Assembly (NCBI RefSeq): GCF_006345805.1
Contig: NW_021834189.1
Coordinates: 1-47,527 of the forward strand
Length of the DNA stretch: 47,527 nt
Direction: 5' to 3'
Source of the DNA: Octopus sinensis
Lineage: Eukaryota
The notes beneath the pieces are model-generated. The model ran no database searches and had not been told where the DNA came from. It worked only from the letters and a program-made list of their open reading frames with translations. The position numbers were made by a program, and so were the translations under genes. Of the stretch, positions 1 to 13,124 are shown piece by piece. Each line of letters opens with the position of its first letter. The first letter of the stretch is position 1.

Positions 1-120
1 ACCGATAGAATAAGTACTGGGCTTACAAAGAATAAGTCACGGGGTCGAGTTGCACGACTAAAGGCAGTGCTCCAGCATGGCCACAGTCAAATGACTGAAA
101 CAAGTAAAAGAGTAAAAAAA
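1..120 (+). mobile_element. 3' end of tRNA-derived SINE (same family as 1153-1582)
   Basis: Near-identical to 1467-1580 (CCGATAGAATAAGTACT...CCAGCATGGCC(A/G)CAGTCAAATGACTGAAACAAGTAAAAGAG). Confidence 0.8.
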
Positions 121-483
121 AAAAAGAGTAATACTTGTAATTATATGATTACTTGTAGTAGTCACCGTATATTACACGAAATATGTGATGACTAAACGAA
201 GCGTAACTTTTAATTTATGATGTTCGTTTAAATGGCAATTTGTAGACTGATATCTGTTCAGTTGTGTAAATAGTCACAGTGACATTTGTAATTTTTAATT
301 CTATTTTCTCTCTGATGTGCTGTATAACAGATTATTAGAGTATCTCATTAAGACACACGATGAAAGGATATATGTAGCTAAGATTTGAATATTAATTATA
401 TCAAACATTATAAGCACTAATTTGACTCATCATTGTCATTATCATCATCATCATCATCATCATAATCACATTGCTATTAATAG

Positions 484-1092
484 CAAGAAACTGCAGAAAA
501 TAGACTTCTTCAAATGTCCAGGGGTTATCCTTAGAAGTAGTAGATAGTTTCTGTTACCCAGACAATCAAGTTAGCAGTGGAAGAAGATGCTTTGTAGTTG
601 CTAGAATAAGAATGGGCTGGATAAAGTTCAGAGAGCTACTACCTTTGTAAGTAACACAGGGTCTTTTCCTCAAAGTGAAAAGCAGATTGTATGATACCTA
701 TGCATGAACAGCCATGCTACATGGCAGTGAAATATGGGCTGTGACTACAGAGGATATGCACAGGCTTGAAAGAGATGAAGCTAGTATGATGCTCTGCTGG
801 ATGAGAGTGTAAATGATTTGAAAGAAAAATTGGGTATAAGAGACATCAGATGTAATGTGCAAGAGAGAGGACTGTCTTGGTATGGTCATGCGATGCTTAT
901 GGAAGAAGACGGCTGCATAAAGAAGTGCCAGTTTTTAGCTGTGGAGGGAACCTGTGTCGGGGGAAAACCTAGGAAGATGTGGGATGAAGTAGTGAGAAAT
1001 GATCTTTGGATGTTAAACCTCACATAGGAGATGAGATCCCAAGGGGCTGAGACCTCTGGCAATTTGCTGTAATTCAGAAGACGTGTCAAGTT
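484..1092 (+). pseudogene. 3' fragment of RTE-clade LINE ORF
   Basis: Broken-frame peptides KFRELLPL, AMLHGSEIWAV, LGIRDIRCNVQERGLSWYGHAM and GKPRKMWDEVVRND are typical of the RTE C-terminus; homologous to about 6950-7415. Confidence 0.8.
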
Positions 1093-1152
1093 AAGTGAAA
1101 TCGTGGCCATCCACATGTACAAGTATGTTCTTTACAATACACATACACATAT

Positions 1153-1313
1153 AGGCGTAGGAGTGGCTGTGTGGTAAGTTGCTTGCTTACGAGCCACATG
1201 GTTCCAAGTTCAGTTCCACTGCGTGGCACCTTGGGCAAGTGCCTTCTATTATAGCCTCAAGCAGACCAAAGCCTTGTGAGTGCATTTGATAGCCGGAAAC
1301 TGAAAGAAGCCTG

Positions 1314-1359
<46 letters not shown>

Positions 1360-1582
1360 ATGTGTGTGTATGTGTTTGCGTGTCTGTGTTTGTCCCCCCA
1401 GCATCGCTTGACAACCGATGCTGATGCATTTACGTCCCTGTAACTTAGCGGTTCGGTAAAAGGAGCCGATAGAATAAGTACTAGACTTACAATGAATAAG
1501 TCCTGGGGTAGATCTTCTCGACTAAAGGCGGTGCTCCAGCATGGCCGCAGTCAAATGACTGAAACAAGTAAAAGAGTAAAGA
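1153..1582 (+). mobile_element. Full-length tRNA-derived SINE with CORE-like box and internal (TA)n/(TG)n
   Basis: A/B-box-like head (TGGCTGTGTGG...GTTCAGTTCC), CACCTTGGGCAAGT motif, internal microsatellite and conserved tail. Related copies at about 3252-3408(-), 4270-4697(+), 14235-14397(-), 14567-15580(+, split) and 22445-22610(+). Confidence 0.8.
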
Positions 1583-1596
1583 GAGATATAATCTGT

Positions 1597-1641
<45 letters not shown>

Positions 1642-2264
1642 ATCTTTCCTCTGTCAAAACGCCCCTACAACCCATCTTCCCAGAACTGATGATAGTGTCG
1701 CTAAGGGAACTCGAAGAGGGCTTTGTTTGCTGTGAAATACTAGTAAGACTGTCCGATACCCATGATCTCTGATACCCATGATAACCACCCATTGCAGGTC
1801 CCTCACCTCTCACATGCCTTTCCACACAGTCTCTATGCTCTAACATATCTACTACATCCTCTCCCCAGCCACTCCAGTTTCTCTCACCATCACTTTCTGG
1901 AATCATGTCTTCCCCATCTCTAAACATCTCTCCTCATACTCTTACAGAACATCTCTCTCTGTCTCCTCTGTACAATGTATACTCCGCTGTTCCCTGTGGG
2001 TAAGCCCCCACCATACATCTCCAACATCATCTATTTCTCTCTCTCTCTCTCTCTCTCTCTAACTTCCTCTCTAACACTCTCTTCTCTTCCTCTCCTTCCC
2101 TGTTCCTCTCGGGTAGCCAAGTCTCTCCTCTATAGTAAGACAACTATATCTGTCTCTCTGTTATACTCTAACCTCTCTCCTGGTTCATTGCCACTTCCCT
2201 TGGTTCCACTCCCCGCCTCAGCTGAGAAGTTTTTGTCTTCCAAACTACTTGCTGACCCTGCTGG

Positions 2265-2545
2265 TGTCACTTAAAAAGCACCTGTACTAGTGACACTTAA
2301 AAAGCACGTGTGCTGATACCACATAAAAAACACCTGTGCTGGCACTGTGTACAAAGCATCCAGTACACTTTGTAAAGTGGTTGGCTTAAGGAAGGGCATC
2401 CAGCTATAGAAACTGTGCCAAAACTTGTGTAGCTTTCTAGCTTGACAGCTCTAGCTGAACTGTCCCACCCCTGCCAACATGGGAAACAGATGTTGCATGG
2501 TGATGATGATAATGCTGATGATGATGATGATGATGATGATGATGC
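2265..2545 (+). mobile_element. SINE-like element with (GAT)n tail
   Basis: Repeated AAAAAGCACC modules, GGTTGGC...GGAAGGGCATCCAGCT and a (GAT)n tail. Related copies at about 10640-10830(-), 12628-12975(-), 18190-18545(+), 23400-23805(+), 23870-24070(+) and 26918-27120(-). Confidence 0.7.
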
Positions 2546-2739
2546 ATATAGGTTAGACAGAATTTATTTAGGCAAATTGTTTACAGCCTGATGCCCTCTT
2601 TATTACCAACTCTTACTTATTTCCGAGTTAGGTATGGCAGCGGAGTAAGAATCTTACTTCCCAACCATATGGTTCAGGCTTCAGTAATCTCTTACTATTT
2701 AGAAATCTCTCTCTCTATATATATACATATATATACATG

Positions 2740-2833
<94 letters not shown>

Positions 2834-3409
2834 GTATAGGAAAGAATGGAGCTGAACGAAGATTTAACAAAATTCCTTTATTTTATTTTCGACATATAAA
2901 ACTTCAAATTTCCACACTAAGGCACGGATTTTATGCCCTATGGTCGTAACTTCAACCGTGCCCTTTCTGTTGTGAGTTTGCTACCCAGGTATCGGTTATC
3001 TTTCGAATTATCCGTAACAAGATAATTCATTTGTCTACTTAAATAATATATATATATATATATATATACTATAAATAATATGTAAATATTTGCATATATA
3101 TGTATGTATATATGCATATATTTATATATTATTTATATTATTATATGATCGAACACCACACATCCTTTTCCAAGTAAGTTTTATGTATATATACACACAC
3201 ACACACATATATATATACATATATATATTTATGTGTGTGTATATATATATATATGATGGGCTTCTTTCAGTTTCCATCTGCTAAATCCACTTACAAAGTT
3301 GTGGGTCTAATATAACCTATGGCTAATGACTATAGTAGAAGACACTTGCCCTAGGTGCCACACAGTGAGTCTGAACTTCAACCCTCATGGTTGGGAAGCA
3401 AACTTCTGG

Positions 3410-3565
3410 GTTACATTCTGGGTTCAAATTCTGCCAAGGTCCACTTTGCCTTTCATCCTTTCGGGGTTGATAAATTAAGTACCAGTTATGCACTGGGGTC
3501 GATATAATCGACTTAATCTGTTTGTCCCCTCTATGTTTAGCCCCTTGTGGGTAATAAAGAAATAT
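3410..3565 (+). mobile_element. 3' half of Meta-domain SINE
   Basis: GCCTTTCATCCTTTCGGGGTTGATAAATTAAGTACCAG (Meta-domain-like); matches the reverse complement of part of 10147-10382. Confidence 0.75.
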
Positions 3566-4042
3566 ATACCGTTACTTGTAACAGACACTCTGTAGTTTAT
3601 TCCATAATGAGCTAAAACCATAGATATATGACTTCTGTCAGTGAACCCGTTTCTCTTTTCTGTCACATATTAGGTCTCACAATGTATATAATCTCATTTA
3701 CGGGAGAAGATATTCGTTTTTAAAAGTCTTGATGAATCAGAAGTGGCAATTTTAATTAACATCTCACAAATTTTTCTAACATGTCTTTCAAATTCATACT
3801 AAATTATATTTAGTTAGTGAACATCAATGATATATATATTGGCAGACTGTGGCAGACAGTTTTATATTTAATCATAGGTTGTCAGGAGTTTCTAATCAAA
3901 ATTTTACATCGCATGAGTTCGTGCATGGCTTTGTGCTTAAGAATTTTGCTTTTGAGTCATGTTGTTGCAGTTTCAATATCACTGCAGAATACCTTGTGTG
4001 TGTGCCAGGGTGGGATGAGTGTATGTGAGAGTGTGTGTGTGA

Positions 4043-4086
<44 letters not shown>

Positions 4087-4153
4087 GTGTGTGTGTGGTG
4101 TGTGTGTGGTGTGTATGTGAGAGTGTGTGTGTGAATGTGTGTGTGTGTGTGTA

Positions 4154-4235
<82 letters not shown>

Positions 4236-4269
4236 TGTAGGCAAAGAGAAAGAGAAAGAGAGAGAGAGA

Positions 4270-4432
4270 GGTGCAGGCATGATTGTGTGGTAAGAAGCTT
4301 GCTTCTCAACCACATGGTTCCAGGTTCAGTCTCATTGTATGGCACCTTGGGTAAGTGTCTTTTACTACAGCCACTGGTCAAACAAAACCCTGTCCATGGA
4401 TTTAGTTGATGAAAACTGGAAGAAGCCCATCA

Positions 4433-4477
<45 letters not shown>

Positions 4478-4697
4478 CTGTGTCTGTGTGTCTGTGTCTG
4501 TGTTTGTCCCCCACCACCCTTTCACAACCGGTATTAGTGTGTTTACATTCCTGTAACTTAACAGTTTGGCAAAAGAGGCCAATAAAATAAGAACCAGGCT
4601 TTAAAAAAAGTACTAGGGTTGATTCATTCAATTATAAATTCTTCAAGATGGTGCCCCAGCATGGCCACAATCTAATGACTGAAACAAATGAAAGAAA
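4270..4697 (+). mobile_element. Diverged copy of the 1153-1582 SINE
   Basis: Colinear head, CACCTTGGGTAAGT, internal (TG)n and tail. Confidence 0.75.
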
Positions 4698-4699
4698 TC

Positions 4700-4873
4700 A
4701 CTAGCCACTACACATTCTTTATTTTCTCTCCTTGTTTCTTTCTGTATTTCTCTGTCGAAGAGCATAGGCTCGAAACATTAAAGACTTCTTCACTTCCCGA
4801 GAGTTAAACTAATACATCTATTTGTTGTCTACACCACCTGTCTTCATCTTTTGTTTTTTTATGAAATCTCCCC
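4700..4873 (+). mobile_element. Probable Penelope-like element terminal fragment ending at (TA)n
   Basis: Homologous to 12165-12341, abuts a TA tract and contains a hammerhead-like motif at 4747-4784. Confidence 0.55.
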
Positions 4874-4889
4874 ATATATATATATGTAT

Positions 4890-7415
4890 AGCAATTGTTA
4901 TTACTGCCTATGCTCCTCAACCAGGTCTGTCAAATAAACAAAAGGTTTGATTTTATGATACTCTTTTGCAGGCTACCTCAATGGCAAATGACAGTGACTT
5001 TATCTTCATTACTGGTAACTTCAATGGACATATTAGGCAGTATCTCAGTGGCTTCCATGGCATGCATGGAGGTCATGGAGTTGATTTTTGCAACAGGAAG
5101 GGAACAAGGCTACTGGAGTTCTGTGAGGCAAATAACCTAATGATCTACATCACCAGCTTCAGGAAATCAGCCAGCCACCTGATAACCCATCGATCTGGTG
5201 GTCACACAAGTCAGATTGACTGCATTCCCACTAGAAAGTGAGATACATGATTGCTCATAAACACAGGTGAAGAATGTACTCCTAAACATAGTTTAGTTAT
5301 TAAGGACTTCAGACTTCAGGTTTGAAGGATTCTATGAAGCAGAAAAGTCTGGAAAAAATGGGTTTGGAACCTTAAGGATCTTCTGAATAGTCATAGGTTT
5401 AGAGACATCCTAACTGAAGCATTTGACCAGAAGGTGGAAGAGTTACAGATATGTGTTATAGAAGACAACAGGAAGTTCCTATGTGACAACTTAGTGAGAG
5501 CCACAAGCCAAATTTGTAGCTGGTGTAAAGTCCCAATCAGCTCTAGGATGATATAGTGGTAGAACATCATAGTAGACAGGGCCATAACTACAAAGAAACA
5601 GGCCAGAGAGGATTTGAAGAGTGAGGGTAGCAGAGAACTATACCAGGTAACTAGAAGAGGAGCTAGGCAACAGGTATATTTAGCTGGAGGAGATGTTGAA
5701 AGGAAGAAGTTTGCCAATGTTCTGTAGTGTAAGGACCAGAAGCACAAAGGTGTTCCAGATTGCAAAACTGTATCAGAGAAAACCATCATGTTGCAGGAGA
5801 GAACTGTATCCAGATGGATGGTGGCACACTTGCACTTAGGAATTCTGCAAATAAAGAGGTATAGAAAAGGTATATGAAAGGCTACTAAATGTGGAGAATG
5901 CATGGGAGCAGGAGAGTTTACCTAATGTGGACCCAATTGAGGGATCAGCTATCTGAGTTGACAGCAGCATGATAGATAAAGCAAATAAGGATATAAAAAT
6001 TGGAAAAGACCATGGCCCATCAGGCTTTGCAACCAAGATGCTTAAAACTTCTGGTGGAATAGGTTATGGTCTAGTCACCCATATAGTAAATCAGGTTGTC
6101 CAGGAAGGAGTCATACCCAACAAGTGGTGAAGCTGCATTATAATCAACTATGACAAAAGGAAAGGTGATTGCCTCAGACAGAAGTAATTATGGACCAGGA
6201 GATGAAAGTTACAGAAGGGGTCATAGTTGAGCTAATTAAGAAGATAGTTAAGCTAGGAGAGATGCAGTTCAGTTTTGCGCCAAGGAGAAGCACTACTGAT
6301 GCAATCTTCCTAGTAAGGTAGCTGCAGAAGCACTTGGCAAAAAATAAACTGCTGTACTTGGCATTTGTCAACACAGAGAAAGCTTTTGACAGGGTTCCTC
6401 ACTCATTCCTCTAGTGGTTGATGAAGAAGCTAGAGTAGATGAGTAGTTAGTGGGAGCCATCCAATCCATGTACAGGATGCTGTCAGTAAGGTGAAAATCA
6501 GCATTGAGCATAGCAAAAAATTTAGTGTGCAGGTAGTTCGCCAAGGATCAGTTCTCAGATCTCTCTTATTTATCATAGTCCTCCATGCCATACCTGAGGA
6601 ATTTAAAACATTTTGCCCTTGGGTGCTCCTCTATGCTGATAACCTTGTTCTTATAGATGAATTTCTACTAGAGATGGAGAAAAGATTTCATGTATGGATG
6701 CAAGGACTAGAATCTCAGGGCCTCAGAGTTAATATTGCAAGATCAAAGTATAAGTAAGCCAGAAACAGACAAATCATTAATCCCATCAGGGAAATAACCC
6801 TGTTCAATATGTAGAAAAGGTTTAGGTAGAAATTTCATATGGTGTACCCAGTGCAAGCTATGGATTATAAAAGGTGCAGTGGAATCACAAGCAGGTTAAC
6901 AGAGAAAGTAGTCTTTGTGTGTAGTAGATGTGTAGGTACAATGAACACTAAGAATGTGCAGGAAATGAATTTCTTCAAATATGCAGGTGTTCTTTGGAGG
7001 TAGTAGATAGTTTTTGTTACCTAGACCACCAAATAACAAGCAGTTGAAGTTGCCCTGAAAGTGTAAATGCAAGAATAAGAACCAACAGGGCAAAGTTCTG
7101 AGAGCTATTACCTTTGTTAGTCACAAAGAACCACTCCCTCAGAGTGAAGGGCATATTGTATGATGCCTGTGTAGCTGTTGAGTGCAAGAGAGAAAACTGT
7201 TCTGGTATGATTGTGTGATGCATATGGATGAAGACAGCTGCATAAACAAGTGCCAATTTCTAAATGTGGAGGAAACCTGTGGGAGATGAGGACTCGGGAA
7301 GATGTGGGATGGATGAAGTGGTGGGAAATGATTTTCAGATGTTAAGCTTCACAGAGAAGATGGCAAAGAACTGAGACAAGTGGTGATATGCTGTGCTTGA
7401 GAAGATCCACCCAGC
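4890..7415 (+). pseudogene. Decayed RTE-clade LINE: APE endonuclease, reverse transcriptase and Cys-rich (PHD-like) segment
   Basis: EN motifs AYAPQPG, TGNFNGHI and SQIDCI. RT motifs GPSG, STTDAIF, AFVNTEKAFDRVP, RQGSVLRSLLFII and LLYADNL. PCSICRKG...WCTQCKLW...RCSGI...FVCSRC at about 6800-6930. Many stops and frameshifts. Confidence 0.9.
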
Positions 7416-7890
7416 AAAGTAAAATCCATGTCCATGACCCCCCTACCTCTCCCACAACAAACTCATGTTCACCACCAATGTTTTCCTCACTCACCTCCAT
7501 TCTCCACCTACCTACCTGCATACAGTATGCCCCTGTTAAATCGCTTCCCACCACCCACCTCTAGTTTCCACTCTCCTTTTGAAATCTTGCAAACTCACCC
7601 AACTACCCATCCTCTCCAATTCCTCATCAACTCCACAATATACACCATCCTGTAACCTGGGTGTACAGGCCCTGCCTCCTCTCTGTCACATCTTCACCAT
7701 CTTTCTCTCCTCTTTCTCTTCTCCATTTGTGGAAGCTATTTCTTTTTTCTCATGTGAGAGACCTTTCTGTACATCACTACTACTCCCCACCATTGAGGTG
7801 TCTTGCGTTTCTATTAAATGATGGTCTTTATATACATATTCAGTGCTGGCTTTAAATTCTTTAGAAAGTCAGTGGAGATAAACTTTAAAG

Positions 7891-7921
<31 letters not shown>

Positions 7922-7922
<1 letters not shown>

Positions 7923-9095
7923 TACATACGTGGAAAATCGGTGTGTGTTTGTTTGTGGCGTTGTTAGCTAACTCCTCTTACATCCTTTAATCAATTTTGA
8001 TGAAACTTGACACATGAGTAGAATTCATGTCTGGAAACCTCATGACATACTAAGATTGTTGAAAAACGCGATAATGCAGCATATGGACGGGATCTTTATA
8101 TCTACCTGATATAACCAATTTAAAAAAAAAAACACCCAAGGGAAATAACCCATAGCACATACACTTATAATTGTTAGTTTTTAGGGAAGCTATCTATATT
8201 TGATTCTCACGATCAGTGGACCTAATTCTGCATTTCACTACTCACAGTTTTCAACAGCTAAACCTTAATATTGCCTTTTCTTGATGAATGTACACTTTCA
8301 AGGCCCATAACTCCGATAATTTTGCATTTTTCCAGTTAAAATTTTTTGATGACACTACATAAATTTTTGATTCCAGAACGTATTTAATAAGTGTGTCCCA
8401 ATACAATGAACTCATACTTTTAATGCCTAACATTCTTTAAAAAATGAAACCAAACTTCCACACCACATTGACTTGGGACATCCTGTATCAGTTATACTTA
8501 TTTTACAAATCATAATATTTATTGCTTATCTATAGTTCATATAACATTTTCTTGAAACTAATTGAGCCATCGAATTTAGAAATATTTTACAGGTTTCATT
8601 GTTTATGTTCAATTACTTTGATTATTGATTTTTTGTGTGTCTAATTTCTAATTTTTGCAGACAACATCACTTTTATACTTTATTTGACACGTGAGTAGAA
8701 CTCATATCTGGAAACCTCGTGAAATACTTAGATTGTTGAAAAAAAATCAATAATAGGGCCTTTCCAATGGATCCTTATATCTATTACATATTACTAATAT
8801 TTTATTTAAACAACCCAAGGGAAATAACTCATACCACCGGCAGTTTTTAGCGAAGCGATCAATATTTGATTCTCACAATCAGCCAACCTAATTCTGCATT
8901 TCACTACTCACAGCTCTGAACTGCTAAACATTATTATTGCACCTCCTTGATTTGAAACTTAAACCTTAAAGACTTCATTCATACATTTCTATACATACAT
9001 ACTTTTTTGAATGCCCATTACTCGGATAATTCTGCATTTTTCAGTTACACTTTTTTCATGACAGTAGATAAATTTTTTATTCCACAACGTATTTG
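7922..9095 (+). repeat. Two diverged direct copies (about 8005-8385 and 8683-9095) of a non-autonomous element, possibly Helitron-like
   Basis: Shared blocks TTGACAC(A/G)TGAGTAGAA...CTGGAAACCTC, ACCCAAGGGAAATAAC, CCTAATTCTGCATTTCACTACTCACAG and GATAATT(T/C)TGCATTTTTC. Confidence 0.6.
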
Positions 9096-10641
9096 TAGTG
9101 GTTTCATGCAGGCATAGTGTGGATTCAGTCCTTGATTGCCAAATTTCTCTTAACACATCAGCAGTGCTTTTCTCACAGTAAAACATTAGTTTTTCTGTGA
9201 ATGACAGCAGTTATACATTTCCCAGATGTCTTTGCTAAGCATAATAATGTCTTTGTCACTTGACCCTTCTAACCTCTTCTAGGCCACCGGAGGCTGGAAT
9301 GGAGAAAACAGACCTCCAACGAAATCATTTCTTCTCAACAATATGTCAATCCTTCTGGTTACTTTTTGTGACAGTTATAACAAAATTGGTTTCTTATATT
9401 AGAGTAATAAGACATTTCAATAGAACATCTTTATCCCCATGAATTACTGGGTACACATTTTTCACACATAATTGCTTGGTAAATTAATAACGGTGGGGAA
9501 CATGGCTTTTGTTGTCAGGTATTAGAGACATGTATCCTAATTAATTTTCAAGTGCTGATTTCAAAAATGGAACCCATTTTGCTCTATCATGTCAAAATTC
9601 TTCACAAACTCAAATGTCCATTTTCAACATATCTAGTATTGTCACCATTTCTAAAGAGCTGTGCAAAACTTTGAAAATCTAGTTTTTCAATATCATTTCA
9701 AGTAATTACTATGACAAAAGTAAAAATAAAAGTCATGATTTGAGTACCTTCAGTAAATAAAAAGCACCAAACTTAAACAACTGTTACTATTTTCAATGTA
9801 ACCAGTTTTAAATGTCATGATGATGACAGAAATACCCTTTATACAATTAGATGTTAGTAAACAACACATTTCTGTGGTCCATATTTGTGGAATTTGTCTG
9901 CAGATATGACCACGCCAAGCTTGATTTAGAACTGTATTTGCAAACCAGTTTTGCTGAACCTCTAACTATTTCTTATGAAAATTGGTATTTTGAACGTGCT
10001 CTTAATGTTTTAATTGTGGGGTCACATGGGCTAAGATCACTTTCTGTCAAGCATTGTCAAAGAACAGTAGAAATCATAGTATAATAACTGACAAGCAAGG
10101 AGGAAAATTTGACTAAGACATTGAGACCATGGAGACTAGTTATCTACATATTTCTTTACTACCCACAAGGGGCTAAACACAGAGAGGACAAACAAGGACA
10201 GACAAAGGGATTAAGTCGATTATATCGACCCCAGTGCGTAACTGGTACTCAATTTATCGACCCCAAAAGGATGAAAGGCAAAGTCGACGTCGGCGGAATT
10301 TGAACTCAGGACGTAACGGCAGACGAAATACCGCTAAGCATTTCGCCCAGCGTGCTAACGTTTCTGCCAGCTCACCGCCATAAGACTAGTTATCTAAATG
10401 TGGAACACAAACATGACAGCTGACAATTGCTAATCTCTGTAATGATGCAAGTTATTCATGCAAAGCAGCAAAGAGTAAGTTTGCACCTTGATTAGCTGAA
10501 ACTCCAGTTTGACAGAAATATCTATCCACACTATGCCTGCATGAAACCACTACAAATACGTTGTGGAATAAAAAATTTATCTACTGTCATGGAAAAAGTT
10601 TAACTGTAAACTTGCAGAATTATCGGAGTAATGGGCATTCA
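9008..10641. repeat. Inverted repeat pair of about 117 bp (9008-9124 and 10524-10641)
   Basis: TTCCACAACGTATTTGTAGTGGTTTCATGCAGGCATAGTGTGGAT and its flank recur reverse-complemented at 10524-10641. Confidence 0.85.
10147..10382 (-). mobile_element. Full-length Meta-domain tRNA-derived SINE with 14-bp TSD
   Basis: Head GGCGGTGAGCTGGCAGAAACGTTAGC, B-box GAGTTCAAATTCC and Meta domain; TSD AGACTAGTTATCTA at 10133-10146 and 10383-10396. Confidence 0.9.
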
Positions 10642-11668
10642 TCATCATCATCGTTTAACGTTCGCTCTCCATGCTAGCATGGGTTGGACGATTTTGACTA
10701 AAGGCTGGTGAACCAGATAGTTGCACCAGGCTCCAGTCTTGATTTGGCAGAGTTTCTACAGCTGGATGCCCTTCCTAACGCCAACCACTCCAAGAGTGTA
10801 GTGGGTGCCTTTTACATGCCACCGGCATGATGAACTAAATACAATTTTGCTTATTCAGAAGCTGTAGAAAAAAAAGACTTGTAGAAAAAAATGAAGAAAG
10901 CTGACTGAGTTTTGAAATCAACAAATCAATTTTAGTGTAAATCAAGTGAAAAAGCACACTCAACAGAAATTATGTTCAAAATTGTTCCCCTGTTTAATCC
11001 AAACTTTAAAAATTCAGATCTGTGTCAGAGATAGGCTAAAACACTAGTTACATTTTTATTTTCCATTTTTCCCTTTGGGTCTATCCCTAACTTCAACAAA
11101 TAGAAAATACTAAAATACATTACTAGACAGAAACAAGAATGATTGATATGACCAGCTAAAGCCTTGAAGGTGTTACCTTAGCTTGGCTGCAGTCCAATGA
11201 GTGGAATCAATAAAAGAATGAAAGAATAAAAGAATATCAATATTAATTAAAGAACAGTATTCAAAGTTCTCTATTAAAGACTGGTTGTTTTGCATCTGTT
11301 GCCGTCTCCCACCTTTCACGCAGCAAAGATTCAATAACCTTTGACATGATATCAATCTCTAATTACAGATACATTGACTAACTGTCTTATTATTTTCCAA
11401 GATGTTGGAAAGTTGAACTTTGACTGTCTGACTTCATTAGTGACTAGTGAATGTTTGCCCACCTTCCAGTCACTTCGTATTTTTTAACACTGTTTTACTA
11501 TATGCATGATTATACGAAATTAAGTGTTATTCTTTGATAGACATTACATATGTTTCTTCATAAACTCTCACACTATAAATTGTTTTAGCATTCTCTCTGT
11601 TTTTTCTTACCTCTACCCATATATGTGTGTGTGTATATATGTGTATTTATGGGTGTGTGTGTATGTGC

Positions 11669-11706
<38 letters not shown>

Positions 11707-11807
11707 TATATATATTATATATATCTAATGTCGGATAAAATTTTTTCTAAAAAAAATTTTATCAATGGCCAGCATATTAAAAAATTTCTTTAAAGGTTAA
11801 ATTATAA

Positions 11808-12013
11808 ACAACTTATAAATAAGGGCAAACGAAAACATTTCTAATGCCAAATATGCCGAAAATTGGACATATTGTCCATTTACCATATAATTTTTTTCCC
11901 AGTACGCAAGCGTGCATACTGGGAAAAAAATTATATAGTAAATGGACAATATGTCCAATTTTCGGCATATTTCGCATTAGAAATGTTTTCGTTTGCCCTT
12001 ATTTATAAGTTGT
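11808..12013. repeat. Near-perfect 206-bp palindrome within (TA)n-flanked sequence
   Basis: Arms of about 101 bp, 4-nt loop (11909-11912), 3 mismatches counted by eye. Confidence 0.95.
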
Positions 12014-12164
12014 ATATATATATATATATATAATTAATAATATCATGGTACTAAAGATTTTAGAAATTTTTACTACCAGTGGCTTAGCGTATATATATAT
12101 ATATACAGAGAGAGAGAGAGAGAGAGACAGAGAGAGAGGGACTCAGAGAGAGAGAGAGAGAGAT

Positions 12165-12341
12165 TGATCACTAAATAGACAAGTTTTTTATTCTCCCTCT
12201 GTTTATTTCCTCATATTCCTTTCTGTTGAAGAGCACAGGCTGAAAACATAAAAGACTTTCTCACTTGCCCAAGTGTCAAACAAATACACCTTCTTGTTGT
12301 TCATACACCCGTCTTCTTTTTTTTTTCTGTAAATTTCAACT
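12165..12341 (+). mobile_element. Probable Penelope-like terminal fragment (copy of 4700-4873)
   Basis: CTGTTGAAGAGCACAGGCTGAAAACATAAAAGACTTTCTCACTT..., flanked by microsatellites. Confidence 0.55.
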
Positions 12342-12419
12342 ATGTATGTATGTATGTATGTATGTATTTATATGTATGTATGTATGTATGTAGTATGTAT
12401 GTATTTATATGTATGTATG

Positions 12420-12476
<57 letters not shown>

Positions 12477-12518
12477 TATATATGGAGTGAAGTGAATTCC
12501 CATACAGGAAAAAATATA

Positions 12519-13124
12519 GAATTTGGTTTGAAGTTTGAAAATGCATATGAATCTCAAAACATGTAGTCATTGAGTTATTCAAACACCAAACCAGTTTCAA
12601 CAATTTTTTGATTATCAATGGTACAAATCATCATTGTCATCATCATCATTTAACGTCCATTGTCCATGTTGGTATGAGTTGGACAGTTTGACTGGGCAGG
12701 AACACTGGAAGGCTGCACCACACTCGAGTCTGATTTAGCATGGTTTTCTACGGCTGGAAGCCCTTCCTGACGCCAATCACTGTGAGAGTGTAATGGGTGC
12801 TTTTACATGCCACTGGCATGGGTGTCATTTGCATGACACCAGGTGTGTTTACATGCCACCAGCACGAGTGCCAATTTGTGTGACACTGGTATCTGCCATG
12901 ACTGCAATTTTGCTCAGCCTGATGGGTCTTCTTCTCAAGCATGACATAATGCCAAATGTCATGGTCATTGCTCTCGTGCAGCACAATATATAAATAAACC
13001 CTATATTTATATATTTGCACCATTGGTAAGCAAAGATCAACAAAACCAGTTTGGTATTTGAATAAATTTAAAAACGACACATTTTGAGATTCAGGTGTAT
13101 TTTCAAATCCCAGAACAAATTCTT
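12519..13124. mobile_element. Old MITE-like inverted repeat pair (about 12519-12629 and 13013-13124) interrupted by a (GAT)-tail SINE
   Basis: TTTGAAAATGCATATGAATCTCAAAA...TTATTCAAACACCAAAC...CAATGGTACAAAT is mirrored at 13013-13124; the SINE at about 12628-12975 lies between the arms. Confidence 0.55.

Noticed and set aside
1685-1750. Hammerhead from CTGATGA...GAAA
   Set aside because: No convincing stems I and II connect the core motifs in this copy.
3817-4631. Poly-CV/HT/YI ORFs here and at 13.3, 16.2, 22, 29.3-30.6 and 36.6 kb
   Set aside because: They are translations of microsatellites.
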